DNA of 64,000 bases from Selaginella moellendorffii. Its lineage: Eukaryota; Plantae; Lycopodiophyta. The notes beneath the pieces were generated by a model. It did no database searches. It saw only the letters and a list, made by a program, of their open reading frames with translations, and had not been told where the DNA came from. The position numbers were made by a program, and so were the translations under genes. The stretch covers positions 1,384,446 through 1,448,445 of the forward strand of contig NW_003314265.1 of assembly GCF_000143415.4 (NCBI RefSeq), read 5' to 3'. Positions within the stretch are counted from its first letter, which is position 1. Each line of letters begins with the position of its first letter. Shown here one piece after another: positions 23,230-34,219 of the stretch.

Positions 23230-25800
23230 ATATGGTTTAGTTATGTGAGATTGTTATCCTTGTAAGGTGGATGAAGTTTTCAGGAAAGTGTTTTTTTTTT
23301 TTTTTGTATTTTGATTTGATATTTGATGTTAACGATATTATATATTTTATTAGCATGTGGGATTTTGATAGCTATTAGATTAATTTCAATTTAAACAATT
23401 TATTCCTATATATAAATTGAGCACTTTAATAAAGGAGTTAGATTTCATACTCTTTTGCAATAACTTTCTCCTTTGACTCTAGAGCAACATTAGTGCAATT
23501 ATTTTTGCTCTTATTGCCAATTTTTATGTCTAGCTAACATCCTCATGATCCTCATAAAATAAATCCAGTTTAATCATTTTACAATGTCTGCATGAGTTTC
23601 CCATATTACTCAAAGGGAGTGGAGGGTTTGAGCATAGCCGGACATTTTCAAACATGTATTTGGATATGTTAAAATTGTGACAATACTTTCTAGTAATTGT
23701 CTTTATCAAAAGTTATCTAAATTAATTATGCAATTTAGTGTTCACTTCTAAAGCTTTTTATTTCATACAAAGCCAAATCTATCAAAGCAAACCAAGTTAA
23801 GTATATTAGCTAGAATTCTATCAAAACTTTGTGGGACTTCTACATGCATTTACTCTAGCCACCCTTAACAATACTCTTCAACTAACATAACGTTATAAAA
23901 TATTATTTTTTCCACTTGTAATTGCAAGTTCCACTTCTTGTAGGAGATGCTCATGTTTTAATAAAAATTGATACTATTGTTATCTATATTTGAGAGATTA
24001 ATGTTGTTGTTACCTAAATTTAAGAACAAGGGCAAAGACATAGTCATACCCATATTAGTATTATCAACATTTCCCAAATTAATATTTTCCATTTTCAAAG
24101 TGGAAGCTTTGGTGTTAATAATGTCTTGCTGTAGTGGAAGAGCTCACACTACTACTCTTTTTCTTCAGTGCTTGTCTTCAAGAGAACTTCTCAAGCTCCA
24201 ATATGGGCCTATTGGAGTGTCAGCATTACAAATTTTATTGATCCCGTTTGTGGAATTTAGGCTTTGAAATACATTAGTTATCCTAGATGAGCTTTCACTT
24301 GCTTTTCTCACTTGCTCTTTAAAGTTTATAGTTGAGAGTTTTGTTTCCAGGTTTTGGCAAAATCATCAAAAATGATTGCAAGTATATGGATTGAATCTGA
24401 AAAGCTGGCTGTTATTTATATGTGCTCCTTTTTTTCTCTTTTGAATCCAGTGGTGCTCATGAGGACAATTTTGTACAGTGTCTTGAGTACCTTTGCACCT
24501 TTCTAGTTGTTGGAGGTGTTTCCATTTTTGCATTATTCAAGGTTTTGTGATTTTTTTATTTTTGATAGTTTTCTTCTTTTTATGCAGGGTAGTGTAAAAG
24601 GAAGTGAAGTAGCATGTGCTCCCCTTGGATATGGGTTATATCTATTAAATCTTGCATTCTATGCTTCCACAAATGCAACTCAAGACTCTATTACAATGAG
24701 GTGAGGAGAAACACAAGTAATTGAGGCTTGACAACAAAAGTTTCATGGTATCTGAAAACAAGCACTTGGAATATAATGATGGGAATGAACTTTTGGGGTT
24801 CCATTTATATGGGACTCTACATGTTTGGATGGTGAATAGTTTTGGCCTGGATCGTTTAGGCTTGGTGAGCAAGGTATGTCAAGGAATCCTTATAAAGGAG
24901 GGAGAACACAATATGGAAGGTAGGATTTGGGTGGATCTCAGTGGTATTGAAGCACCATTACTGATCATATTGGGTATACCAGGTAAAGGTTTGGCATCAT
25001 GGTGATTCTAAAAAGGATTTTGGTTCTAAGAGTTTTAGCAACTGTCATTTTCAGCCAATTAATCAGACAGATTGGCAATGTGACCGGCTTAGAATCGTGG
25101 CAAACTGTTAATTTAGCTCTAGAAGATTAACTTACAAATGATTGTTATATTTATTAAGAAAATACTAAAGTTTGATTCATGGTTGAGTTTGATGACCATT
25201 AAGAGTTTATCATCCTTCAAAAGGTGTAATTTCAAGTGCTAGTCAGTAGATGAAGGATGATTTATAGGTTTCTTGTAATATCAAAGATAGCAATGAACCT
25301 CAACTTGGAAGCCCAATTTGTTTTGGAACGTAATTTTTTGGACATGATAGGGAAGCAAGTAGGAGCAAGCTCATCATCCAGGGTAGAATGCATTATCTAA
25401 CATATTTATCTAATATTTTAAACATTTTACCATACATTTGGGGGTGGGCATATCCTTGGCCATCAACTGGAACGCTAGAATCCCTCCCCTATCTCACACA
25501 CCATTGCCAAGTCATACCTCCCACAGTGTTCCACCTCGCTTTGCAACCAGGTGGCGAGCAATATCAACACTGCTGCTCTTGCGGTCCATCAAAACGATCT
25601 CTACACCATCGCATATCCGTTCACTCACTGTGCCTCCAACATAATCCAGCATGAAGGTCGGGGTATGATCTACAGGTTAAGTCCTGCTTCATGGCCACTG
25701 CTTTCAAAGCCCTTGGGAGACACATTCCTGAAAAGAACAAGGTTCCGCTCATTGAACTGGACATAATCTAGAGCATAGAAATCCTTCTTTTTGGTTAGTG
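23230..25800. other. AT-rich, CpG-poor island, probably an old decayed insertion (unclassified)
   Basis: Abrupt composition change, T15 run at 23291-23305, only broken reading frames. Confidence 0.4.
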
Positions 25801-25886
25801 ACACTTATATTAAATATAATTACACTTTTAACTAATCCTCTTTTCGGATTTAAAACATGTAAAGGGAAATGCGCGCATGCTCGCGA

Positions 25887-27680
25887 TCACTCGTCGGCCG
25901 CAATGCGCGAGGCGAGCAGCAGCGATGGCGCGTGCGTGGGATCCAGGTCCATGACCCGGCCATAAATCCTGGCTCCCCGGGCGGCATCCCCGTGGATCCG
26001 GCAGGCTCCCAGCAGAGTTGCCCACGCGATGGCGTCTGGGAGGAAGGGCATGGTGGCGACGAGCTCCTCGGCCTCGTCCAGCCGCCGGGCGCGGCCGAAC
26101 AGGTCAGCCACGCAGCAGTAGTGGTCCAGTGTGGGATGGATTCCAAAGTCGGGCTCGATTGAGAGGAAGAAAGCGCAGCATTCCTCCGCCAAGCCGCAAT
26201 GGGCGAAGCCATTGAGGATGGCGAGGAGGGTCACCTCATTTGGGCTGCTGGAGCCATCTAGGCACATCAGTCGCAGGAGCTCTAGCGCCGGATCGATCTG
26301 GGCATTGTGAGCGTGGGCCTGGATGATCGCCGTCCACGACACAAAGTCCCACGCTTCCATGGAGTCGAACACTCTCCTGGATTTATCTAGCTCTCCACGC
26401 TGGGCGTACCCCGCGATCATGAGGCTCGACGCAAAGAGGTCCTGTTCCTTGTTCGGGATTTCGCGATAGAGAAGCTCTGCTTGATCGAAGGAGCTGTGAT
26501 CACCTTCCAGGACAAGCGCTTGGAGCATCGTGCTTAAGGCCACTGGAGTGTGTTTTGGCGATCGATCAAACACCGCCTTCGTGTCTGTGAGTTTGTGATG
26601 GCGGAGGCTGGCTGCCAGGATGTTGTTCCAGGAGATTGAGTTCTTCCTTGGCATAGAATCGAAGAACTCCTTGGCTTGTTTGGCATTTTCAATGCATATC
26701 ATGTGGAGATACCCATTGAGGGACACAAAATTCCAATGCGGCATCTTCTTGTAACATTCCTCGCACCTCTCAAACATTTCCATGTCGTTGTAGGCCACCG
26801 CGAGAGCGTTCCATGCAACCACGTCCTTCTTGGGCATCTCGGTGAAAATTCTCTCGGCATCTGCAAGATGCCCACAACGGGCATATGCTGTCATGATGCT
26901 AGTCCAAGATGCTACGTCCTTTATTCTCATTCCATCAAAGGTTTTCTTTGACTCCTCGAGATTCCCGGCTTGCGAATAACAAGCAAGCATTGAGTTCCAC
27001 GACACGAGGCTGTGCTGTGGCATTCGACCAAACAGGAACTTTGCATCGTTCGTATGCCCGAGCTGGGCATACCCGCTGACTAGCAATTGCCAAGTGACTC
27101 CATTTCTCTGGATCATCGCATCGAATATTTCTCGAGCTCTTGGAACGTCGCCGGCATCAGCGAGTGCTTGGATGATCACGGTCCATGATACTAGGTCTGG
27201 TACTGGCATTGCATGGATCATCTTCCACGCCTCTTCAATTTGACCATCCTCCCCGAGTCCCCACATCAGCGAGTTCCACGACACAGCGTCCCACATCGGC
27301 ATGGCAGAAAATATTTTCTGTGCTAGTAGCAATTGCCCACCATGGGCATATGCAGAGACAAGTGTTGTCCAGGACAAAGCATCTCGTTGGCTCATTTTCA
27401 TGAAATATAATGTACCTAGTTCAAGATTCGAGTTGTGAGAGCAGGCAGCGATTATGATATTCCACGAGAAGACATTTGGATTGGAAATGGCTTGGAAGAC
27501 GCTTACAGCGGAATCCAGGCACCCGCATTTGCCATACATGTCTATGAGCAAATTTGCAAGGAATCTGTCGTTGCGGAGGTAGGATTGACGGATAGAACTG
27601 TGTATCTGCTTCCCTCGGACGAGATCCTCGAGCTTGGCACAGGATCTGAGCTGCTCGGCAATGATCGCAGCCGAGATCAT
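25887..27680 (-). CDS. PLS-class PPR protein (PPR-A), 31-aa repeat run, E domain, no DYW
   Basis: Intronless; first ATG 27680; LIDMYGKCG, repeated VSWN..AY..G; HYCCVADLFGRA, WATLLGACRIHGD. Confidence 0.9.
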   Translation of the reverse strand: MISAAIIAEQLRSCAKLEDLVRGKQIHSSIRQSYLRNDRFLANLLIDMYGKCGCLDSAVSVFQAISNPNVFSWNIIIAACSHNSNLELGTLYFMKMSQRDALSWTTLVSAYAHGGQLLLAQKIFSAMPMWDAVSWNSLMWGLGEDGQIEEAWKMIHAMPVPDLVSWTVIIQALADAGDVPRAREIFDAMIQRNGVTWQLLVSGYAQLGHTNDAKFLFGRMPQHSLVSWNSMLACYSQAGNLEESKKTFDGMRIKDVASWTSIMTAYARCGHLADAERIFTEMPKKDVVAWNALAVAYNDMEMFERCEECYKKMPHWNFVSLNGYLHMICIENAKQAKEFFDSMPRKNSISWNNILAASLRHHKLTDTKAVFDRSPKHTPVALSTMLQALVLEGDHSSFDQAELLYREIPNKEQDLFASSLMIAGYAQRGELDKSRRVFDSMEAWDFVSWTAIIQAHAHNAQIDPALELLRLMCLDGSSSPNEVTLLAILNGFAHCGLAEECCAFFLSIEPDFGIHPTLDHYCCVADLFGRARRLDEAEELVATMPFLPDAIAWATLLGACRIHGDAARGARIYGRVMDLDPTHAPSLLLASRIAADE

Positions 27681-27689
27681 GAAGGAAAA

Positions 27690-28060
27690 GTCACTTGAAT
27701 CAAACAATAACAACAGCCATGTTGTCTCTAGAAGAAGAATGCTTGCTATCAGAAACAACGCAGCTCTCAGGCAGATCCCTGAAGAATACAGATACCAGAT
27801 AACTCCTTGTCCGCCAGAAAGTCCACCACTTCATCACTCGACCGGCATCACTCGCCAAGAAACTCATCGTTCTCCCCAATCTCCCTTATGGCAATCACCA
27901 CTTGAACATCAAACTTCTGGCAAGCAAAGCATCGGTCTTGAAGCCAAATCCCGAAAGGCAGTCACCAACCACATACTCCCCAGCTCTCATTCCCTGGGAC
28001 CTCTCATCACCCACATCCCCGTGATAGCTCCAGAGCTCTTCCTTGCCTGCTAAGCACCAC
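27690..28060 (-). pseudogene. Remnant of the PP2C 3' half
   Basis: Matches 28506-28965 (catgttgtctctagaagaagaatgcttgctatcagaaac; ggtcttgaagccaaa.tccc; ctctcatcacccacatccccgtgat) with deletions. Confidence 0.9.
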
Positions 28061-28399
28061 CATCTTTCTGGACCAAGTAATCTCATAGTTGGTTAGGAGC
28101 AGTTTATTAAAATTCAATCATATGAACCTTTGGCTTCCTACTGTTACTTTCTGAAAATTTAGAAGTTAGTTTTAAATTTTTACTTCTAATTGTGATTGAA
28201 GTTTATATAATTATTACGAAACAAAACTGTGTTGTCTTTTTCTAAGTGATATAATACTCACTCATTTGATATGCACTGTGCCTTACAAAACTGTTGAAAG
28301 CTTCCAGACGAGTGGGCATTAGACATCTTATTACGCTGGTGTCAGCTCTTCCTCATCTTGATAATCTCTTCAGACCGCAATGATATGCGTTGCGTTTCT

Positions 28400-28483
28400 T
28401 TGGATAAAATATCATGTAGCCCAGTTCAAGGACCTGACTTGAGCTACTGCAATGATCATTGCCGAGACCTTGAAGGAAAAGTC
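28400..28483 (-). pseudogene. Remnant of the PPR-A 5' end (ATG mutated to AGG)
   Basis: gcaatgatcattgccgagaccttgaaggaaaagtc vs gcaatgatcgcagccgagatcatgaaggaaaagtc at 27657-27692. Confidence 0.6.
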
Positions 28484-28505
28484 GATCTCTGGATCATATA
28501 TTAAC

Positions 28506-29408
28506 TCACTTGAATCGAACAATCACAACAGTCATGTTGTCTCTAGAAGAAGAATGCTTGCTATCAGAAACCAGGCAGCTCTCAGCTAGATCCCTACACA
28601 TACCAGACAAACTCGCCACTCCATTCCTCAGCCTGTCCGCCACAAAGTCCACCACTTCATCACTGGACCTTGAACCCCAAATGCCATCGCTCGCCACCAC
28701 GAGGAACTCGTCATTCTCCCCAATCTCCTCCTCCCTTACCTCAGGCTTGGCAATCACCACTTGCTCGTCTTGTCGCAAGCCAGCGTTGGTCTTGAAGCCA
28801 AAATCCCCAATGGCCCTGGACACTCCCAGTTCCAAACTCCCGTGGTAGACACGGTCACCATGCACATAACCCCCAGCTCTCATCACCCGGGATCTCTCAT
28901 CACCCACATCCCCGTGATGATCCGTGGATAGCTCCAGAGCTCGTCCTTGCCTGCTAAGCACACACCGGCAATCTCCCGCGTTTGCCACCACCATCTTCCC
29001 GTCGGTAATGACCACCACCAAAGCCGTGCTTCCCTCGTACTTCAAACTCTCGTCTTGTCCAACTTTTTCGTCTATCGCCATGAAGGTTTTGACCAAGGAA
29101 TCTGATAGTGGGAGTCCTCCAGCTCGAGCTTGCAAGAGCTCGGCATGCAAGCGCGATGCGCAGAGACTGGAAACTTTGCTGCCCTTGTGGCCGTCGTAGA
29201 CCCCCACGATGAGATCCTTGTTGTCCACGCAGATCGCATACCTGTCTTCCATGTAATCTGGCCAGCCCTGGATCGAGCACGCACCCCAGCGCAAATCATC
29301 CAAGCTTCCATCCGTGGTGCGTCCTTCGGTGTTGGCTCGCATCTCCATGCGGGCCGTTTCACTCGCATCCATGTCGCCATAGCCAAGCATGATCACCGTG
29401 CTCGCCAT
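28506..29408 (-). CDS. Protein phosphatase 2C (PPM family), intronless
   Basis: MEDR, VYDGHKG, GSTA, ANAGDCRCVLSR, SRAIGD, ASDGIW, DNMTVVIV; metal-binding Asp residues intact. Confidence 0.94.
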   Translation of the reverse strand: MASTVIMLGYGDMDASETARMEMRANTEGRTTDGSLDDLRWGACSIQGWPDYMEDRYAICVDNKDLIVGVYDGHKGSKVSSLCASRLHAELLQARAGGLPLSDSLVKTFMAIDEKVGQDESLKYEGSTALVVVITDGKMVVANAGDCRCVLSRQGRALELSTDHHGDVGDERSRVMRAGGYVHGDRVYHGSLELGVSRAIGDFGFKTNAGLRQDEQVVIAKPEVREEEIGENDEFLVVASDGIWGSRSSDEVVDFVADRLRNGVASLSGMCRDLAESCLVSDSKHSSSRDNMTVVIVRFK

Positions 29409-29439
29409 GTCCTTAAAATTAGGGTTCTTGCATATACTT

Positions 29440-31212
29440 CTATGAAAGACCTTTTATAAAGGGCAGTGAGTTTGTAGCGAAAAGATTGGAGAGCAGTACG
29501 TGAATGGGACTGTCCTCGCGATGATCCATTTCCATCGCCGCCCATCTCGCAGCTCGCAGCCCTCGATCCACATCGCCATGGATCGAGCATGCCCCAAGGA
29601 GCGCCGTCCAGGACAGGAGGTCCGGCTGGAATGGCATGGAGTGGACGACCGATTCGGCCCTCTCCAGCTCGCCAGCTCGTCCAAGAACACCGATCAGGCA
29701 GTGGTAGTGCTCGATCCGCGGGCGCATTCGCCAGTCCCGGATCATCAGCTCAAAGTAGCTCCACCCTTTCTCCAGCAGCCCCGAGTGGCCGCACGCCCCC
29801 AGCACGCTCGCGAAGCTCACGTCGTCGGCCTTGAATCCATCCAGAACCATGGCGTGGAAGAGCAGCATCGATTCCTCGAGCTGCCCGCGCTGGGCGAGCG
29901 CTGCGATCATTGCGTTCCAGGAGCTCACCTCGCGCACAGGCATGGCGCGGAAGAGCTGGTCTGCGTCGCGCAATCGCCCCGCCTGCGCGTAGCCCGTGAT
30001 CATCGTGTTCCACGAGACCACGTCCTGCTCGGGCGATCGATCAAAGATCTCTCTCGCCGCGGCCAGATCTCGCTCCTGGGCATGCCCGGTGATGATCGCG
30101 TTCCATGCCACAGCATCTCGCGATGGCATCCGATCAAACGCTTCCACTGCAGCTGCCAGATGTCCCGCAGTCACGCAAGCTCCGATCAAAACATTCCAGG
30201 AAATGAGCGTGCGGCCAACCATTCTTGCAAAGATTGTTCTTGCTGCGAAGAGATCCCCCGACTGCGCAGATCCGGCGATCATTGCGTTCCACGACACAGA
30301 ATCCCACTGAGAGCATCGTCTCCAAAACTCCCGAGCAATGTCCATTTCCCCTTTTTGGGCAAATGCCGCTACCATAGCTGCCCAAGTTATCGAATCCCTC
30401 TCCCGCATCGACTGAAAGATCGAGATGGCTGTCTCAAGATCGCCGACGTTTGTGTAAGAGAACGTGATTGCGTTCCACGCTACGGCATTGTGCGCAGGCA
30501 TTCGATCAAACAGCTCCTTAGATTGATCCAACTCCCCGCTCTGGGCATATGCACCAATCATAGAAATCCAAGCGATTTCGTCGCGCTCTGCCATCGTCTC
30601 AAACACTGTTTTAGATTCTTCAACCATTCCTGCCTGGTTGTATGCGGCCATCATCGCAGTCCACGCAACAGCATCCCAGTGAGGCATTGCATCAAAGATT
30701 ACTTTTGCTGCAAAAGGATGCCTCGCTTGAGCATTTGCTGTAAGAAGCACTGTCCACGACACAGCGTTTCGTACGGGCATATTCTCAAAACACTTGCGAG
30801 CATCTTTCAAGTGTCCTGATAGTGCAAAGGCGCTGACCATGGTGGTCCAGGTGAAAACATCTTTCTCAGTAGCGAAGGAGAAGACTCTTCTAGCCTCTGC
30901 CAGATACCCATTCTGGGCAAATGCATTAAGGATGTAATTCCAGGAGAAGATGTTGGGGGTTTCGATGGCTTGGAAGACGCGATAGGCTTCCCCGACGCTG
31001 CCGCACTCGGCATACATGGTGATGAGGAGATTGGCAAGGTAGCGGCTGCGCCCGCGATCGCTGTTGCGGATGCGGGCGTGGATCTCTCTGCCAAGCTGCA
31101 AATCTTTGGATTTGGCGCATGATCGGAGCAGCTGGGCGCATGATATCTCCTGCAATCGAGCACTGTGGGCTCTTTCCTCGGCGCTCAAGAGCCCTAGAAC
31201 AGAGCTTCGCAT
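29440..31212 (-). CDS. PLS-class PPR protein (PPR-B), 31-aa repeat run, E domain, no DYW
   Basis: 590-aa intronless ORF; VLGACGHSG, HYHCLIGVLGRAG, WTALLGACSIHGD, HVLLSNLF. Confidence 0.92.
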   Translation of the reverse strand: MRSSVLGLLSAEERAHSARLQEISCAQLLRSCAKSKDLQLGREIHARIRNSDRGRSRYLANLLITMYAECGSVGEAYRVFQAIETPNIFSWNYILNAFAQNGYLAEARRVFSFATEKDVFTWTTMVSAFALSGHLKDARKCFENMPVRNAVSWTVLLTANAQARHPFAAKVIFDAMPHWDAVAWTAMMAAYNQAGMVEESKTVFETMAERDEIAWISMIGAYAQSGELDQSKELFDRMPAHNAVAWNAITFSYTNVGDLETAISIFQSMRERDSITWAAMVAAFAQKGEMDIAREFWRRCSQWDSVSWNAMIAGSAQSGDLFAARTIFARMVGRTLISWNVLIGACVTAGHLAAAVEAFDRMPSRDAVAWNAIITGHAQERDLAAAREIFDRSPEQDVVSWNTMITGYAQAGRLRDADQLFRAMPVREVSSWNAMIAALAQRGQLEESMLLFHAMVLDGFKADDVSFASVLGACGHSGLLEKGWSYFELMIRDWRMRPRIEHYHCLIGVLGRAGELERAESVVHSMPFQPDLLSWTALLGACSIHGDVDRGLRAARWAAMEMDHREDSPIHVLLSNLFATNSLPFIKGLS

Positions 31213-31277
31213 AAATTTGAAATTGGCGCCACATTTGGTGCTTTAGACGCTCCAAAGCTAAGAAGTATGTTTGGCTT

Positions 31278-31330
31278 ATGCTCAAGCATTTCCGCCAGGA
31301 CGGATCGATGTCTCCTCTCTCTGCTGTGTT
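31278..31330 (+). pseudogene. Remnant of the PPR-C 5' end
   Basis: atgctcaagcatttccgccaggacggatcgatgtctcct matches 32109-32160. Confidence 0.7.
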
Positions 31331-31845
31331 GCTTGTTCCACGAGGCACCACAGCATTGGGCGACGGCATGGAATCTAAGAGTACAAGGTTGGCACTGTTG
31401 AGGGATAATTTTCATAAATCCAAAAATATTCTTTGTCATAAGATAGAAATTCATCAACTATATAGTGAAACTTTTAAGACTTTTTAAACAATTTGTGTTG
31501 GCACGCTAATGATAAACAATAGTTTTGATTTTGGACAAAGTGTTTTTCGGAGCTTTCAAATGCTCATCTGGAGCGTTTTTCAACCCTGAGGAAACACCAA
31601 CAAAACTTGGCAAGCACGGGGCAGAAATCAGGAAAATTTCGGCATGACAAGATTTAAAATATGTAACATATATAGACTAAATCACCCAAGCAACGGCATC
31701 CACAGCATCCCCGCCCCGCCTGGCTCAAGAACAACGTCCTCGACTATTGTTACTACTTCTCTCATGTGCATGTGTTCTTTCACAATAGAAAGAAAGATAT
31801 ACTAAAAACAATAGTTTCGAATGCCCAATTAGGTGGATGATCCAT

Positions 31846-32076
31846 AGTCCTCCGGATCTAGCTTGCAAGAGCTCGGCGTGCAAGCGCGATGCGCAGAGGC
31901 TGGAAACTTGGCTGCTGTCGCAGACCACGACGAAATCCAGGTAGATCGCATACCTTTGGCTAGCCTGGATTACGCAGCCGCCCTAGTAGTCCACGATCCA
32001 CGTCGAACATGCTGATCGGCCCATCCGATCGAGCACTGTCGGCCGCCCTCAAGAGCCCTAGAACGGAGATTCGCAT
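31846..32076 (-). pseudogene. Collapsed remnant of the PP2C 5' part and the PPR-B termini
   Basis: 31846-31955 matches 29112-29264; 32028-32100 matches 31155-31235. Confidence 0.82.
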
Positions 32077-32108
32077 AAATTTGAAATTTGGCGCCACATA
32101 ATGCTTAC

Positions 32109-34046
32109 ATGCTGCTTAAGCATTTCCTGCAAGAGGAGCATCCACGGATCGATGTCTCCTCCCTCGCCCAGCTGCTGCGGTCGTGCTTGGATCTCCGCCA
32201 CGCTCACCGCCTCCACGACGCCACAGGCGATCTCCTTGCTAGCGGTGATGGCGGCAGCCGCAGAAGCACCGCTACTTTCCTGTGGAATCTGGTGGTGGAG
32301 ATGTATGGGCGGTGTGGGAGCGCTGGTGACGCGCGGCGCGTCTTCGATGGCATCGCCCGCCCCGACGCCTTCTCGCACAACATGATGATGCACGCATATG
32401 CCCGCAACGGGCATCTCTGCGAGGCTAAGCAGCTCTTTGATGGGATCGGCCGATCGGACGTTTACTCGTGGACGAATCTCCTCAAAGGCTACGCGGATCA
32501 TGGCCAGGCTGGAGAGGCAAAAGCGCTGTTCGATCGGATGCCGCAGTGGGATGCTCTTGTGTGGACTTGCATCATTGCAGCAAATGCCAGAAAAGGGCAT
32601 CTCGAGGAAGCGCTGAAACTCTTTGCAGCAATGCCTCCTGGGAAGAATGTGGTCTCCTGGACGGTGGCTCTCGCCGCGATCGCGGAATTTGGAAGCGCCC
32701 ACCAGGCGATGGAGATGCTGGGCAAGATCCCGCAATCCAGCTCCGTGACCATGGGCGCGGCGATCCAGGCGTTTGCGCGCAGGGGGATGGTGCGCGAGGC
32801 GAGGGCGCTCTTCGACTCCATGCCATCGCGCAACGTGGTCCACTGCACGGCGATGATCCAGGCGTACGCCGCCAGAGGGCTCGTGGAGGAGGCCAGCGCC
32901 ATCTTCGCGAAGATCCCCAGCGTGGATTCGCAGTGCTGCAATGCGATGCTGAGCGCGCTGGCCCAGAACGGACGCCTGGAGGAGGCCGCGAGCTTGTTCC
33001 ATATGCTGGAGGAGAGAAGCGTGGTGTCCTGGAACGCGATTCTCCAGGGATATGCGCAGAACGGGCACTCTCTCGAAGCAAAGAGGACTTTCGATGAGAT
33101 GCCTGAGCGTGATGCGATATCTTGGAACTCGCTGCTGTCCGGGTTGGCTGCTGGCCAGCTCCAAGATGATATGGAGAAAGCTTTCGATCTAATGCCGCTC
33201 CACGACGCTCTATCATCGACCACGATTATCACTGCGCTTGCTCAAGCAGGAGAGGTTGAGAGATCCAAGGCCATGTTTGATTCCATGCCGGTGAGAGATA
33301 TGGTGGCCTGGAATGCGATGCTTGGAGTTTACTCGAGCAATGGCCTGGTGGAAAAGTCCGAGAGCGTCTTAAACAAAATGCCCGAGCAAAGTGTTGTGGC
33401 CTTGAACGCGGTGGTCGCAGCACAAGCTCATGCCGGGGACTTGGACAAGGCGAGAGAGATCTTCGACACGATCCAGCACAAAAATCTGGTGGTGTGGAAT
33501 GGAATCCTTGCTGCTTACGTGAACAACGGGAGGCTGGCTCAAGCAAGGGAGATTTTTGGAAAGATCCCGGAGCCGGATGTGTTCTCGTGGAACATCATGC
33601 TGTCGGCTTTTGCCGTGGACAAGGATCACTGCAGCGTTGTTCTTGGCTGGTTTTGGAAGATGGTACTCTGTGGAGTGAGACCAGATGGGATAAGTTTCAC
33701 TGCGGTTCTCACTTCGTGCTGCCATTCCGGACTCCTGGAGCGAGCTCGCGAGAACTTTGTGTCGATGCAAGGGGACTTCAGGGTGGCACCCGAGGTTGAT
33801 CACTATCACTGCTTTCTTGACATGTTGGGAAGAGCCGGACGATTGATGGAGACCGAGAGCTTGCTGGAAACGATGCCGTTTTTGCCGGACGTTGTGGCCT
33901 GGACTTCCTTGGCGGGGTCTTGTAGAACTCACGGGGAGGACAAACTTGGTGCTTTGGCTGCGGAGAATGCGTTTGGGGTTGATCCAGGGAGTGTCGGGCC
34001 TTACATGCTCTTGGCAAACATCTTTGCGGAGGAGAAGCAAACATGA
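32109..34046 (+). CDS. PLS-class PPR protein (PPR-C), 31-aa repeat run, E domain, no DYW
   Basis: Intronless; first in-frame ATG 32109; HYHCFLDMLGRAG, WTSLAGSCRTHG, PYMLLANIF. Confidence 0.92.
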   Translation: MLLKHFLQEEHPRIDVSSLAQLLRSCLDLRHAHRLHDATGDLLASGDGGSRRSTATFLWNLVVEMYGRCGSAGDARRVFDGIARPDAFSHNMMMHAYARNGHLCEAKQLFDGIGRSDVYSWTNLLKGYADHGQAGEAKALFDRMPQWDALVWTCIIAANARKGHLEEALKLFAAMPPGKNVVSWTVALAAIAEFGSAHQAMEMLGKIPQSSSVTMGAAIQAFARRGMVREARALFDSMPSRNVVHCTAMIQAYAARGLVEEASAIFAKIPSVDSQCCNAMLSALAQNGRLEEAASLFHMLEERSVVSWNAILQGYAQNGHSLEAKRTFDEMPERDAISWNSLLSGLAAGQLQDDMEKAFDLMPLHDALSSTTIITALAQAGEVERSKAMFDSMPVRDMVAWNAMLGVYSSNGLVEKSESVLNKMPEQSVVALNAVVAAQAHAGDLDKAREIFDTIQHKNLVVWNGILAAYVNNGRLAQAREIFGKIPEPDVFSWNIMLSAFAVDKDHCSVVLGWFWKMVLCGVRPDGISFTAVLTSCCHSGLLERARENFVSMQGDFRVAPEVDHYHCFLDMLGRAGRLMETESLLETMPFLPDVVAWTSLAGSCRTHGEDKLGALAAENAFGVDPGSVGPYMLLANIFAEEKQT

Positions 34047-34219
34047 GACAACTCAAGGTAAGTTGTTTTTTTTTTCTCTGGCTAGAGTTTGCTAAGCATT
34101 AATCTACTGAGGAACTCTTTTGCGCACAGAGATAGCTAAGAAAACTCCTCGAGGATAAGCTCAAAGGTACGCTTCGTTTCTTTGTGTTTCTCTATCCTCA
34201 CTTTTGCTTCACAACATAA

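Noticed and set aside
27681-27758. Hydrophobic N-terminal extension of PPR-A in the ORF track
   Set aside because: Starts at a non-ATG codon and is PP2C remnant sequence read in another frame
29500-30819. 439-aa antisense ORF (and similar ones at 32058-33164, 3191-4051 and 12458-13147)
   Set aside because: Shadow frames of GC-rich coding sequence with no recognisable motifs
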